From contig CAWKBC010000027.1 of assembly GCA_963847705.1 (NCBI GenBank), positions 384,001 to 448,000 on the forward strand: a DNA stretch of 64,000 bases. Direction: 5' to 3'. The translations under genes and the position numbers were made by a program. The stretch comes from an uncultured Pseudomonadota bacterium. Its GTDB lineage: Bacteria > Myxococcota_A > Polyangia > Fen-1088. The notes under the pieces were generated by a model, which was not told where the DNA came from, made no database searches, and saw only the letters and a program-made list of their open reading frames with translations. Below are positions 47,765 to 57,296 of this stretch, piece after piece; position 1 is the first letter of the stretch, and every line of letters starts with the position of its first letter.

Positions 47765-50146
47765 TCAGGCGACGTTGCGGCTCGCCGCCGGCTCCGCCAG
47801 GGCGGGCGCCTTCTGACGCCGCAGGAAGCGCGGTGTGACCATCAGGATCACCGCCGGTAGAAACGCCACCGTCGCGGCGCTGCTGGTCACCATGGTGAGC
47901 GCGACCAGCACGCCGAGGAGGACGTGGACCTTGAAGAAGGAGAGCGTCAGGCAGAGATAGCCGCCCGCCACGGCGCTGGCCACGTAGGCGATGGCCTTGC
48001 CCGAGGTGGTCAGCGCGGTGGCGGTCGCTTCGCGCAGATCGCCGGTGCGCTGGAACTCCTCGCGGACCCGGAAGATGAAGTAGACGGCGTAGTCGGCGCC
48101 GATGCCGACGGCCATGGCCGAGATGGCAGCCGTCCCCATCGACAGCAAGATGCCGGTCCAGCCCATGAGGCCCAGGTTGACCAGCGCCGCGGTGGCCAGC
48201 GGCAGCAGCACCAGGAAGCCGCCTGCCAGCGAGCGCAGAAGGATCGAGGTGATGACCACGACCAGGATCGAGATCTGGATCAGATTGATCGTCTTGCCGT
48301 GCACCATCGTCTCGTTGAGCGCGATGGCGTTGGTGACGCCGCCGCCGACGCGCGCGGTGACCGGCAGGCCGGAGAAGAGGCGGTCGGCCTCGGCCTGGGT
48401 GGCCACGGTCATCCGCTTCATGGCCCGGAAGTCGTCGGTCTTCAGATAGGCGGTGATGACCGCGTGCTCGAACGGCCGGTCGACGAAGTGGGAGAGATCT
48501 TCCTCGTCGCCCCCCATGGCGTAGAGCAACAGGTACTGGGCGACGCCCTGGGTGGTGTCGGGAAGCTTGCCGCCGCCGCTGCCGTCGACGGCCAGGCTGA
48601 TCTGCTTCAGCAGATCGACGATCGACACCACCTTGCCGACGGGGAGTGGCTGGTGCGCGATGAAGACGCCGAGTTGGTCCATCCGCCTCAGAACCTCGGG
48701 GTTCTTGATGACGTCGGGCGTCTCGCCCGACACCAGCACCTGGATGACGCGCGTCCCCGCCAGGCGCTCGTCCGCCATGCGGAAGCCGTGGACCGGCGCG
48801 TTGCGCTCGAAGAACTGCGCCGCCAGGTTGTTGCCAGCCTCGAGGCGGGTGACGCCGATGAGCGCCACGATGATCAGACCGCAGAAGACCCAGACGATGG
48901 GCCGCTCCTTCCCGGTCCGCACCAGCGTCGCCAGCTTTTCGAGGATCGGGTCGAAGTACTCCTCGCGCTTCTCGCGTTCGGTCTGGTGCGCCGACGGCGG
49001 AGACATCAGGACGCGGATGGCCGGGATGAAGGTCATCTCGACGGTCAAGGCCGCGATGATCCCGAACGCCGTGCAGAGGCCGAAGTTCTTGATGGTGGGG
49101 AGCCCGAACGTCGCCAGCGAGCCGAAGCTGAGCGCCGCGATGGTCCCGGCCGCCAGCATGACCAGGCCGACCTTGGTGGTCGCCTCGATGACCGCCAGCC
49201 GGTTGTGCTCCTGCGGCGACAGATCGGCCCGCGCGCCCTGCAGACGGTTGTACTCCTCGTAGTAGCGCTTGAGGATCTGCACCGAGTGGCCGGCGCCAAT
49301 CGCCAGCAGCAGGATCGGCGTCATGATGTTCCAGGGGTCCATCGGCGCGTGGATGAGCCCCATCAGGCCGAGCGCCCAGACGACGCCCATGATCGCGGTG
49401 ACGAGGGGGATGATCATCCCCTGCAGCGTGCGGAAGGCGCGGTAGTGCAGGTAGCCGATCATCGCCAGCGCCAAGACGAAGAGGAGGGCGACGCGCCGGG
49501 TGTAGACCAGCAGCCAGTGAAGGACGGTCGGCGCGCCGGCGGCGACGATCTCCAGCCCCGGCACCCGCTCGGGCGCCAGAATCTCCTCCAGGCGGTCGTA
49601 GAGGAAGCGCGAGCCGCCGGCCTTCTCGAAGTCGCTGAAGTCAGCCAGCACCGAGGTCGCGCGGCCGTCGTCGCTGACGAAGAGGCTGGTCAGAAAGCCA
49701 TTCGCCTTGACCCGCTCCCGGAAGGCCGCCACCTCGGCGTCGGTCTGGGGGACCTTGTCGGCGAGCGGCGTGATCTCCAGCGAGTCGGTCGAGCTGTGGA
49801 TGTCCTTCACCCGTGACGACATGAGCGACAGGACACTGCCGGTCTTGATGCCAGGGAGCTTCTCCAGCTTCTCGGTGACCCGCTTCACCCTGCCGAGGAT
49901 GTCGGGCGTGTAGACCGTTCCCGACTCCGGATAAAAGCCGATCACCGTCATGTACTTTCCGCCGAAAAGCTTCTCGATCCGCTTGCCGGTGATCACCAGC
50001 GGATGTCCGGGCGGGATCTGGGCGTCGACGTCCAGGAGGACGTGTAGCCGGGTCATGGAGAAGCCGAGCGCCAACGTCACCAGCGCGACCAGCGCGATGA
50101 CGAGCTTGGGCCGGCCGACGATCGCGGTCACATAGCGGCGCAGCAT
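47765..50146 (-). CDS. MMPL/RND-family lipid transporter
   Basis: 793 aa with two-fold RND topology; LLLAIGAGHSVQIL and VGIGADYAVYF motifs. Confidence 0.9.
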   Translation of the reverse strand: MLRRYVTAIVGRPKLVIALVALVTLALGFSMTRLHVLLDVDAQIPPGHPLVITGKRIEKLFGGKYMTVIGFYPESGTVYTPDILGRVKRVTEKLEKLPGIKTGSVLSLMSSRVKDIHSSTDSLEITPLADKVPQTDAEVAAFRERVKANGFLTSLFVSDDGRATSVLADFSDFEKAGGSRFLYDRLEEILAPERVPGLEIVAAGAPTVLHWLLVYTRRVALLFVLALAMIGYLHYRAFRTLQGMIIPLVTAIMGVVWALGLMGLIHAPMDPWNIMTPILLLAIGAGHSVQILKRYYEEYNRLQGARADLSPQEHNRLAVIEATTKVGLVMLAAGTIAALSFGSLATFGLPTIKNFGLCTAFGIIAALTVEMTFIPAIRVLMSPPSAHQTEREKREEYFDPILEKLATLVRTGKERPIVWVFCGLIIVALIGVTRLEAGNNLAAQFFERNAPVHGFRMADERLAGTRVIQVLVSGETPDVIKNPEVLRRMDQLGVFIAHQPLPVGKVVSIVDLLKQISLAVDGSGGGKLPDTTQGVAQYLLLYAMGGDEEDLSHFVDRPFEHAVITAYLKTDDFRAMKRMTVATQAEADRLFSGLPVTARVGGGVTNAIALNETMVHGKTINLIQISILVVVITSILLRSLAGGFLVLLPLATAALVNLGLMGWTGILLSMGTAAISAMAVGIGADYAVYFIFRVREEFQRTGDLREATATALTTSGKAIAYVASAVAGGYLCLTLSFFKVHVLLGVLVALTMVTSSAATVAFLPAVILMVTPRFLRRQKAPALAEPAASRNVA

Positions 50147-50148
50147 GG

Positions 50149-50814
50149 TCAGCGCTTCTCCAGCAGCGAGCGGATCAACGGCTCCCGCGTGTCGCTCTTG
50201 GGGGCGAAGTAGCTGGCCATGACCACCCGCCGCGCCCCGGCCTCGCGCTCGGTGAGGTCGAGCAGCACCTGCCCACCCGCCGAGAGGACGACGGTTCGAA
50301 GGGCGTCGGGGCTGACGGCGTAGATGAGGCGGTCACCTTTTTGATACCCGCGCTCCTGAAGCGGGGCGAACCACTGAGGGATTCCGTTGCTGACCCGCTG
50401 CTCGATGTCGCGGCCGATGAGCCCGGCCTCGCGCGCCAGCTCCAGGTTGTCGCGCACGACACCGATCCAGCGGTTGAGCGGGACGTCGCGCACGAACTGC
50501 ATCTGCACGATGGCGTGCGGGGCGGCGATGGCCGCCGCGGCGAGCTGGGCGTCGAGCGGATAGGAGTACGCCTGTCCCCGCGCCAGCTCGGCGAAGTGGG
50601 CCTGGGTCGGCTTGTCGACGCGCACGTCGACGGTGGCGACGTCGATCTTGAGCACCGTCTTCTGCAACAGCATGTGCATCGATGAGTACGGACCTTGCGC
50701 CAGCTCCGGCGAATCGAGCGAGGGGAGGGCACCCCCCGCCATCAAGGCGGGGGCCAACAGCACGGCCGCCAATCCAGTGGCGGCAGCGAAGGACCTGTGC
50801 GGGATGCGTGACAT
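50149..50814 (-). CDS. Secreted protein, chalcone-isomerase-like (lipid-binding) fold suspected
   Basis: Signal peptide; KIDVA, MQFVRDV, KGDRLIY and YF...L...LL pattern resembling bacterial CHI-like proteins. Confidence 0.5.
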   Translation of the reverse strand: MSRIPHRSFAAATGLAAVLLAPALMAGGALPSLDSPELAQGPYSSMHMLLQKTVLKIDVATVDVRVDKPTQAHFAELARGQAYSYPLDAQLAAAAIAAPHAIVQMQFVRDVPLNRWIGVVRDNLELAREAGLIGRDIEQRVSNGIPQWFAPLQERGYQKGDRLIYAVSPDALRTVVLSAGGQVLLDLTEREAGARRVVMASYFAPKSDTREPLIRSLLEKR

Positions 50815-50833
50815 GTCTTCTCCTTACCTGTCC

Positions 50834-52300
50834 TTACTTGCCAAACCTGCAGATGAGGGCCAGCGAAACGAGGTGAGAGGTGGCGGCGAAGGTGCCGGCG
50901 TTGACGTTACAGGCGTTCGGATCGGAAGCGGGGGCGGTGCAGGCGCCGCCAGGGGTCTGCTGGTAGACGCGGGCGTCCGCCTCGGCGACGGTGACGCTCG
51001 GTTGATAGCGCAGCTGGTAGGTGAGGGCCACCTCGGCGCGCCCCAGCAGCAGCGAGGCGCCCAGTGCGGCGCCAAGCTGCGCCCCGGCCGGAAAGTCGAC
51101 GTTGGAGTACGCCGCCGGTGACGCTGCCGTCTCGTAATAGACGCCGGCGCGCAGCGTCCAGCGCTCGGGCACCAGGTTGAAGTCGCCGCCCAGCTTGACG
51201 CTGAAGACGTCGTTCCACTGCTTGGGGACGGTGATCGTCCCGATCGGCACGTGCTGGCTTCCAGCGGTGGCGACCAGCCCGTTGCTGTCCACGGTGAAGG
51301 CATTGGCGCGCGACCAGGTCTCGTACTCGACGTCCAGCTCGAGGTCGAACAGCTCGCGTCCGCCGGTTTGGTGTCGGTAGCGTCCCCCGGCGCGCACCAT
51401 GAGCGGCAGCGGCAGCTTGACGGTCACATCTCTCGCCGAATCCGGGGCGCCCCCGTTCCGCGCCGTGGTGATGCTGGGGAGCACCTTCGTACCGTCAGCG
51501 TTGAAGGCCAGACCGGTGAGGTCGAGCGTGCTGTGGGTGACGATGCTTGCTGGAAGAATCTGCCCGGCCAGCCCAAATTCCAGCGACGGCGTCGGGCGGA
51601 GCCAGGCGCCCACGATCGCGTTGAAGGTGGCCCAGTCCGAGCCGCTCGTCTGCGCCAGTATGTCTTCCGTGCTCGACACGGGGTTGGCGGCGCCCGGGGC
51701 CGGATTGGCGTTGATCACCAGCGAGTAGTCGAGCCGCGGGACGGTGATCCACTCCAGCGTCACCCCGACACCGAACAGATCGTGGTACTTCCAGGCGGCG
51801 CTGGCGGCGACATCGAGGATGATCGCCTGGCGGTTCACCATCATGTAGCGCTGGCCGCCGTCCTGCGGAAACTGCTCCCGGCTGATCCCAGGCGGCGCGA
51901 AGGCGGCCAGCGCAAAGGCCCAGTCCCGCAGGCCGAGGCGCGATGAGCCGCCGATGAAAGGGAGGGCCGCCTGCCAGGGGGTCCCGTTGTGGACCTTGGC
52001 GAAGGTGGTGGGCTGCGTGGGGGTGGGGCTCTGTCCGTAGTCGATCGTCGGCGCGCGCGTGTAGTCGTAGCTGTTGTAGGAGAACTGGTTGCCGATCTGA
52101 ATGGTCGACTCGTCGAGATCGGCCAGCCCGGCGGGGTTGATGCTGACCGCCGTGACGTCGTCAGCCCGGGCCACGAAGGCCCCGCCGCGGCCGGCGGCGC
52201 GAGGGCCGAGCGCGCCCTGATAATAGCCGCCGTCGGCGAGCGCCGGTGAGGCGACCGCCGCCGTCAAGAGCAGCGTCGAGAGTCCTGCGCGAGACTTCAA
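50834..52300 (-). CDS. FadL/OmpP1-family outer-membrane hydrophobic-compound transporter
   Basis: GPRAAGRGGA..ARADD.TA...NPAGL, W.DVFSVKLGG and LRAGVYYE motifs; TTG start. Confidence 0.85.
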   Translation of the reverse strand: MKSRAGLSTLLLTAAVASPALADGGYYQGALGPRAAGRGGAFVARADDVTAVSINPAGLADLDESTIQIGNQFSYNSYDYTRAPTIDYGQSPTPTQPTTFAKVHNGTPWQAALPFIGGSSRLGLRDWAFALAAFAPPGISREQFPQDGGQRYMMVNRQAIILDVAASAAWKYHDLFGVGVTLEWITVPRLDYSLVINANPAPGAANPVSSTEDILAQTSGSDWATFNAIVGAWLRPTPSLEFGLAGQILPASIVTHSTLDLTGLAFNADGTKVLPSITTARNGGAPDSARDVTVKLPLPLMVRAGGRYRHQTGGRELFDLELDVEYETWSRANAFTVDSNGLVATAGSQHVPIGTITVPKQWNDVFSVKLGGDFNLVPERWTLRAGVYYETAASPAAYSNVDFPAGAQLGAALGASLLLGRAEVALTYQLRYQPSVTVAEADARVYQQTPGGACTAPASDPNACNVNAGTFAATSHLVSLALICRFGK

Positions 52301-52306
52301 AGCCCT

Positions 52307-53281
52307 CTACTGGGGCTGGAGAATGGAGAACACCACCGGCGCCGGGACCGAGCAGGTGCTGCAGAGGACCGCGACGGCGTAGGTGCCGCTGGTGTCGGTG
52401 AAGCCCGGGAACGTCCCGCCGCTCACCGGGGTGCTCATGAGGTCGATGTACTCCTGACCGGGCGGAACGGCGTAGGTGTAGAGCGCGGTCGCGTCCTGCT
52501 CGATGTTCAGGAAGTCCGCCTGAATGTCGGCGGGCTGCTTCCCCTGGAAAAATCCAACCTCGACCTTGTCGAGCGTGGTCACCGAGAAGTCGAGTGGCTG
52601 GCCAAAATTGTCCTTGGTGACCTGGCTCCAGTCGATCTTCCAGGGTCCGGCGGCGGGGATCGCGACAGGCGTGTTCAGCGTGGGGGTGAAGGAGAGGAAG
52701 TTGCTGGTGCCGCAGGGGTTGGGCGCGGTGACCGTCGTGTTGACGGAGGTCGCCGAGGGCGAAAGGAAGACCATCGACTGAGCGCCGACCCCGATCACCG
52801 TTCCGCTGGTGAAGAGCATGAGGTACTGGGTACCGGCCGAGACCACGTAATCGGTCGCCGGCACCAACTTCGGTTGCCCGTAGGAGAAATCCGAGAGCAT
52901 CGCGGAGGTGGCGCCCTTGGTGTGGAACTCACGGTAGGTGGTGACCTCCGTCGACGTCAGCTGTCCCTTGGCCAGCTTGTCCTCGACCGCGCTCTGGGTC
53001 ATGTTGCCGATCCGCAGGAACGCGACGTTGTCGATCGGCAGCGCCGTGTGGCAGAGCAGATCCTGGGTGATGCCGTCCCAGGAGATCGACAGATCGACGC
53101 CGGCCGTCGTCTCCACGGTCGGGATCGTCAGAGTGCTGGTCGACGAATAATTATTCGCGTCCTTGATGATCACATTGCCGACGGGGCCCGTCGTCCCGGC
53201 GGGGCTGCTGGAGCCGCAGGAGGCGGCCAGCGCCAGGGTGAGGAGAGCGGCGACAGGGTGGCAGGAGGTGCTCGATTTCAT
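52307..53281 (-). CDS. Uncharacterised lipoprotein with C-terminal CxxC (paralogue of 46648-47712)
   Basis: AASC lipobox; NNYSSTSTL, DWSQVTKDNFGQP and GTYAVAVLCSTCSVPAP motifs. Confidence 0.75.
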   Translation of the reverse strand: MKSSTSCHPVAALLTLALAASCGSSSPAGTTGPVGNVIIKDANNYSSTSTLTIPTVETTAGVDLSISWDGITQDLLCHTALPIDNVAFLRIGNMTQSAVEDKLAKGQLTSTEVTTYREFHTKGATSAMLSDFSYGQPKLVPATDYVVSAGTQYLMLFTSGTVIGVGAQSMVFLSPSATSVNTTVTAPNPCGTSNFLSFTPTLNTPVAIPAAGPWKIDWSQVTKDNFGQPLDFSVTTLDKVEVGFFQGKQPADIQADFLNIEQDATALYTYAVPPGQEYIDLMSTPVSGGTFPGFTDTSGTYAVAVLCSTCSVPAPVVFSILQPQ

Positions 53282-53466
53282 CCGGCGGATTAAAACGTAA
53301 AGCGGCTCCGCCGTCGACCCGATCGACATCCGCGAGACACAATTCACGCTTTTGAAGATCGGCTCACGCAATCGACCGGTGCACGCTGATTCCATTTCCG
53401 TGAAGGGCGATGGAATCTCCTGTCGCGTCAGCGGAATTACCGTCGGTGCGCTCCGCAAACGATCGC

Positions 53467-53504
53467 CGGCAATTGAATAGACAAACGCGGCAATCGAATA
53501 GACA
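53467..53504 (-). promoter_or_regulatory. 17-bp direct repeat with 21-bp period in the divergent promoter (TGTCTA core on the minus strand)
   Basis: CGGCAATTGAATAGACA (53467-53483) and CGGCAATCGAATAGACA (53488-53504), one mismatch. Confidence 0.6.
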
Positions 53505-53621
53505 GATGCCGCGGATTTTTTTGGCGCGCCACTCAACGAGCGTTGTTTGATCTCGAAGCGGGCGACGCCTGTGTGCTACCGTGACGTTCCTCTCTCCCCT
53601 TCTGGATCCCGGTAGCTGTTC

Positions 53622-54695
53622 TTGAGCCTGCCTGAATTGCATCTGTCGAAGCCGGGCGTGGCGTTGCCCGCGACGGCCGTCGACAACGCCGAAATCATCC
53701 GACGCGTCCGCGCGCGCTTCAAAGGGAGCGAAGCGGAGTTCTCGGTGATTGCCTCGGCCATCGAGCACGTCTTCGGCCTCTGCAAGACGCGGGTGCGCTA
53801 CCTCGAGCCCGACGAGCGGCAGGGAATCGTGGCCGACTATGCGGTGCGGGCGGCGCAGGACTGCCTGGCGGTCAACGGCGTCTCGCTCGAGGAGGTCGAC
53901 CTGGTGATCTGCGGCGGGATCGCCCGTCAGTACTTCGAGCCAGCGACGGCCATGGAGGTCGCCGCCAAGCTCGGCCTCAAGAAGACGCACGCCTTCGACG
54001 TCACCGCGGCCTGCGTCGGCCACCTGGAAGCCATCCAGACGGCGGCCGGGTACCTGGCGCTTCATCCCAATTACCGAACCGCGTTGGTCTGCACGGCAGA
54101 GCTCTCGGGCCCGTTCCTGAGCTACGACATTCAGACTGTCCGCGACCTGCAGATGAAGACCGCGGGGTTGACGATCGGCAACGCGGCGGCCTGCATGCTG
54201 GTGCGCCGGATTCCATTTCCGGAAGGCGGAGTCCGGTTGATGGCCATCAACACCTTCACGGCGCCCGACCATTGGCACCTTTGTCAGGTGCCGATCGGGG
54301 GCACGTTGGTCTCTTCTTCGGTTGAGCTGATGAGGCTCGGCAAGTACATTCCCCCCTGGGTCACGGAGCGTCTGGGCGCGCTCGGTCTGAAGCCCGACGA
54401 CATCGCCCACTACGTCTTTCATCAACCGAGCGAGATCATGGTGCGCAAGATCTTCGACGACATCGGTGTCGATCAGACAAAGGGCGTCTACACGCACGCG
54501 CGCTACGGCAACACCGCCAGCGCCAGCGTCGGGGTGACCTATCGGACCCTTCTGGAAGAGCGGGCGTTGAAGCGCGGCGAGAAGATCGTCCTCGGCAGCG
54601 CGGCGGCCGGCTACTCGATGGTCATGGCCACAGGCGAGTGGACCGGGTCGGCTGGCAAAAACGCTGACAAGATCGCCGGCAAGATCGCGCAATAG
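53622..54695 (+). CDS. 3-oxoacyl-ACP synthase III-like condensing enzyme (OleA-like)
   Basis: Cys-His-Asn triad (FDVTAAC, FHQP, YGNT); RQYFEPATA matches the OleA-type EPxTA motif; TTG start. Confidence 0.8.
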   Translation: MSLPELHLSKPGVALPATAVDNAEIIRRVRARFKGSEAEFSVIASAIEHVFGLCKTRVRYLEPDERQGIVADYAVRAAQDCLAVNGVSLEEVDLVICGGIARQYFEPATAMEVAAKLGLKKTHAFDVTAACVGHLEAIQTAAGYLALHPNYRTALVCTAELSGPFLSYDIQTVRDLQMKTAGLTIGNAAACMLVRRIPFPEGGVRLMAINTFTAPDHWHLCQVPIGGTLVSSSVELMRLGKYIPPWVTERLGALGLKPDDIAHYVFHQPSEIMVRKIFDDIGVDQTKGVYTHARYGNTASASVGVTYRTLLEERALKRGEKIVLGSAAAGYSMVMATGEWTGSAGKNADKIAGKIAQ

Positions 54696-54702
54696 ACCGG
54701 CG

Positions 54703-56247
54703 ATGAAACTCTCCGTCAGCGTCGCGTTGCTGATCTGCTGCGCAGGGGCGCGCGTCGCGCGAGCGGACAGCGACGGCGGCGCGCCGCCCAGCGAGGCGAC
54801 GCCACCGCCGGCAGCGCCCGCGGGTGAACAACCGACCGTCGAGCCGACCGCCGACCCGGGTGGGGGGCTCTTCGAGCAGAGCAACGCCGCCGCTGCGGCG
54901 GCGCCGGGTGCGGGCGCGGCGCCGGCCCCCACGGCCGTCGGACCGTTCACCCTCACGGGGTACGTGCGTGGCGACATGTTCGCCGGCAAGGTCTCGGGGC
55001 AGGACGCCGCCGAGCTGAAGGCCGGCTACGGCGAGCTGGATCTGACGCTGCGAACTGCGAAGGAGACCTACGGCGACGGCTTTGCCGAGGCGCGCATCCG
55101 GTATGGTCTGCAGGCCGACGGCCTCCAGGCGACGGTCGTCGACCTGCGCGAGGCCTACGTCAACACCTACCTCGGCCCGCTCGACCTGCGCATCGGCCAG
55201 CAGATCATCGTCTGGGGGCGCGCCGACGCGCTCAATCCGACCAACAACCTGACCCCGCTCGACTTCCGCATTCACTCGCCGATCGAGGACGATATTCGGA
55301 TCGGCAACGCCGGCGCGCGCGCGTTCCTGCGCTTCGCCCCCTTCCGCCTGGAGGGGGTCTGGATGCCGCTCTACCTGCCGACCGAGCTGCCGGCGGTGCA
55401 GCTCCCGCAGTACGTCTCGTACGGGGCGCCGCTCTTCCCGTCGCTCAATCTGAAGGACGGGACGGAGGCGGTCCGTCTCCACCTCGAGCTGCCCGCCATC
55501 GAGATGTCCGTCTCGTACCTCCACGGCTTCGCGCCGCTTCCCGGGCTTTCGCCGACGCCGAACGGGATCACGTTGACGGCCGCCGACGACGGAACGCCGA
55601 GCACCACGACTCCGCCGTCGATCCTGGTCTCGCGCACGGCCTACGAGCAGCAGGTGCTGGGCTTCGACTTCTCGACCTCGCTGGGTGAGGTCGCCACCCT
55701 CCGCGGCGAGGCGGCCTACCGGCGCCCCTACAACTGGGCGGTGCCCGCCGACCATCACATCGCCTACCCCGACGTCCAGTACACCGTCGGCGCCGACCAC
55801 ACCTTCGGCTCGCTGAGCGTCATCGTGCAGTACATGGGTCGCTACGTCTTCGACTGGCAGAAGCAGAGCGGGCCGGCGATGGTGCTCGATCCTGCGGTCC
55901 TCCCGATGGAGGCGATGGCGAACCTGAAGTTCGTGAGCGACATCGTCAACGCCACCCTGGCCAAGCAGAACCAGATCCTCTTCTCGCAGACCGCGCAGCT
56001 CCAGCACCTGGGGACGCTGCGCTTCGAGTGGCTGGCGCTGCACGAGACGTTGTCGATCTCGTCGCTCTGCCTCTACAACTTCACCACGCGCGAGTGGCTC
56101 ATCACCCCGCGCATCGGCTACCGTCTGTCCGACGCAATCACCATGTATGCCGGCGCGCAGGTCTTCCACGGGCCGGCCGACACGCTGTTTGGCATCATCG
56201 ACGCCCAGCTCTCCGCCGGCTACGCCGAGCTGCGCTACACCTTCTGA
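54703..56247 (+). CDS. Outer-membrane beta-barrel protein (DUF1302-like)
   Basis: Signal peptide; DLREAYV...LRIGQQIIVWGRAD..NPTN motif; ends in ELRYTF. Confidence 0.75.
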   Translation: MKLSVSVALLICCAGARVARADSDGGAPPSEATPPPAAPAGEQPTVEPTADPGGGLFEQSNAAAAAAPGAGAAPAPTAVGPFTLTGYVRGDMFAGKVSGQDAAELKAGYGELDLTLRTAKETYGDGFAEARIRYGLQADGLQATVVDLREAYVNTYLGPLDLRIGQQIIVWGRADALNPTNNLTPLDFRIHSPIEDDIRIGNAGARAFLRFAPFRLEGVWMPLYLPTELPAVQLPQYVSYGAPLFPSLNLKDGTEAVRLHLELPAIEMSVSYLHGFAPLPGLSPTPNGITLTAADDGTPSTTTPPSILVSRTAYEQQVLGFDFSTSLGEVATLRGEAAYRRPYNWAVPADHHIAYPDVQYTVGADHTFGSLSVIVQYMGRYVFDWQKQSGPAMVLDPAVLPMEAMANLKFVSDIVNATLAKQNQILFSQTAQLQHLGTLRFEWLALHETLSISSLCLYNFTTREWLITPRIGYRLSDAITMYAGAQVFHGPADTLFGIIDAQLSAGYAELRYTF

Positions 56248-56267
56248 CCACCAACGAGGACGCCACC

Positions 56268-57065
56268 ATGCACACCCGCCGCTTCCTGTTCGCCCTGTTC
56301 GCCTTGCTGCTCTCCGGGACGGCGCAGGCGGACAAGGGCCCCTCGGCCCGCGAGATCATGGACAAGGTGACCACCACCCGGAAGCTCGACGGCTCGGAGG
56401 CGGTCATCAAGATGACCGTCTTCGGTGAAGGCGGGCAGGCGCGCGAGCGCGAGATCTCGATGGCCACCAAGCTCTACGACGGCGGCAAGACCGAGAAGCG
56501 CATCTACCGCTTCCTGTCGCCGGCCGACGTCCAGGGGACGGGGATCCTGGTCTACGACTACGAAGCCAAGCCGGACGACGTCTGGATCTACCTGCCCGCA
56601 TTGCGCAAGACGCGACGGGTGGTCAGCACGCAGCGCGCGCAGAGCTTCATGGGGAGCGAGTTCTCGTACGGCGATCTGAACATCCCCTCGCTCGACGACT
56701 TCAACTACACGCTGGTGAAGGAAGAGGAGTCGGGGGGCGAGCCCTGCTACGTCATCGACCTGGCGCCGAAGACCAAGGAGATCGCAGAGGCCGAGGGCTA
56801 TTCGAAGAAGACCTACTGGGTGAGCAAGGCGAAGATGGCGGTCGTGCGGGGGCTCTACTACGACAAGGACGGCAAGCTGCTGAAGGAGCTCATCGCCCAG
56901 GACATCAAGCTGCTCGACCCCAAGAACAAGCGGTACCGGGCGATGCACATGGAGATGGTCAACAAGCAGAACGGCCGCAAGTCCGTCTTCGAAACCAAGA
57001 AGGTCACCTTCTCCCCCAGCACCAAGGACGACTACTTCACCACCGCCTACCTCGAGCGCAGCTGA
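56268..57065 (+). CDS. Outer-membrane lipoprotein-sorting (LolA-like) periplasmic protein
   Basis: FLSPADVQGTG.L, DDVWIYLPALRKTRR, SFMGSEFSYGD and YDKDGKLLK motifs. Confidence 0.88.
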   Translation: MHTRRFLFALFALLLSGTAQADKGPSAREIMDKVTTTRKLDGSEAVIKMTVFGEGGQAREREISMATKLYDGGKTEKRIYRFLSPADVQGTGILVYDYEAKPDDVWIYLPALRKTRRVVSTQRAQSFMGSEFSYGDLNIPSLDDFNYTLVKEEESGGEPCYVIDLAPKTKEIAEAEGYSKKTYWVSKAKMAVVRGLYYDKDGKLLKELIAQDIKLLDPKNKRYRAMHMEMVNKQNGRKSVFETKKVTFSPSTKDDYFTTAYLERS

Positions 57066-57142
57066 CCGCCCCACCCGAACTCGCATCAGCTCCGCCTCGC
57101 TCGCTCGCTCGCGGATTTCGTTCCGCTCGGTTTTACTTGGGG

Positions 57143-57257
57143 GCGGCGGGGGCCGGGTGACTCCTCGGCCTGCGCACCTGAAAGGTTGGAATCGTCGGGC
57201 GGAACAACAGAGCCGCCCTCCTCAGCTCCGGCCGAGGAGTCACCCGGCCCCCGCCGC
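57143..57257 (+). repeat. Structured cassette A: perfect 28-bp inverted arms enclosing a 59-nt core
   Basis: Arms 57143-57170 and 57230-57257 are exact reverse complements; core 57171-57229 contains two further hairpins. Confidence 0.9.
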
Positions 57258-57296
57258 GCGCGCGTTCGACCTCGGCTCCACTGCGCCAGCCTCCAC

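Noticed and set aside
53340-53620. Sigma-54 promoter associated with the direct repeats
   Set aside because: No correctly spaced GG-N10-GC element was found by eye on either strand
57171-57229. Cassette core as a hammerhead ribozyme
   Set aside because: The minus strand has CTGAGGA followed by a stem, but GACG follows instead of GAAA, and copy B reads CTGAGTC, breaking the core
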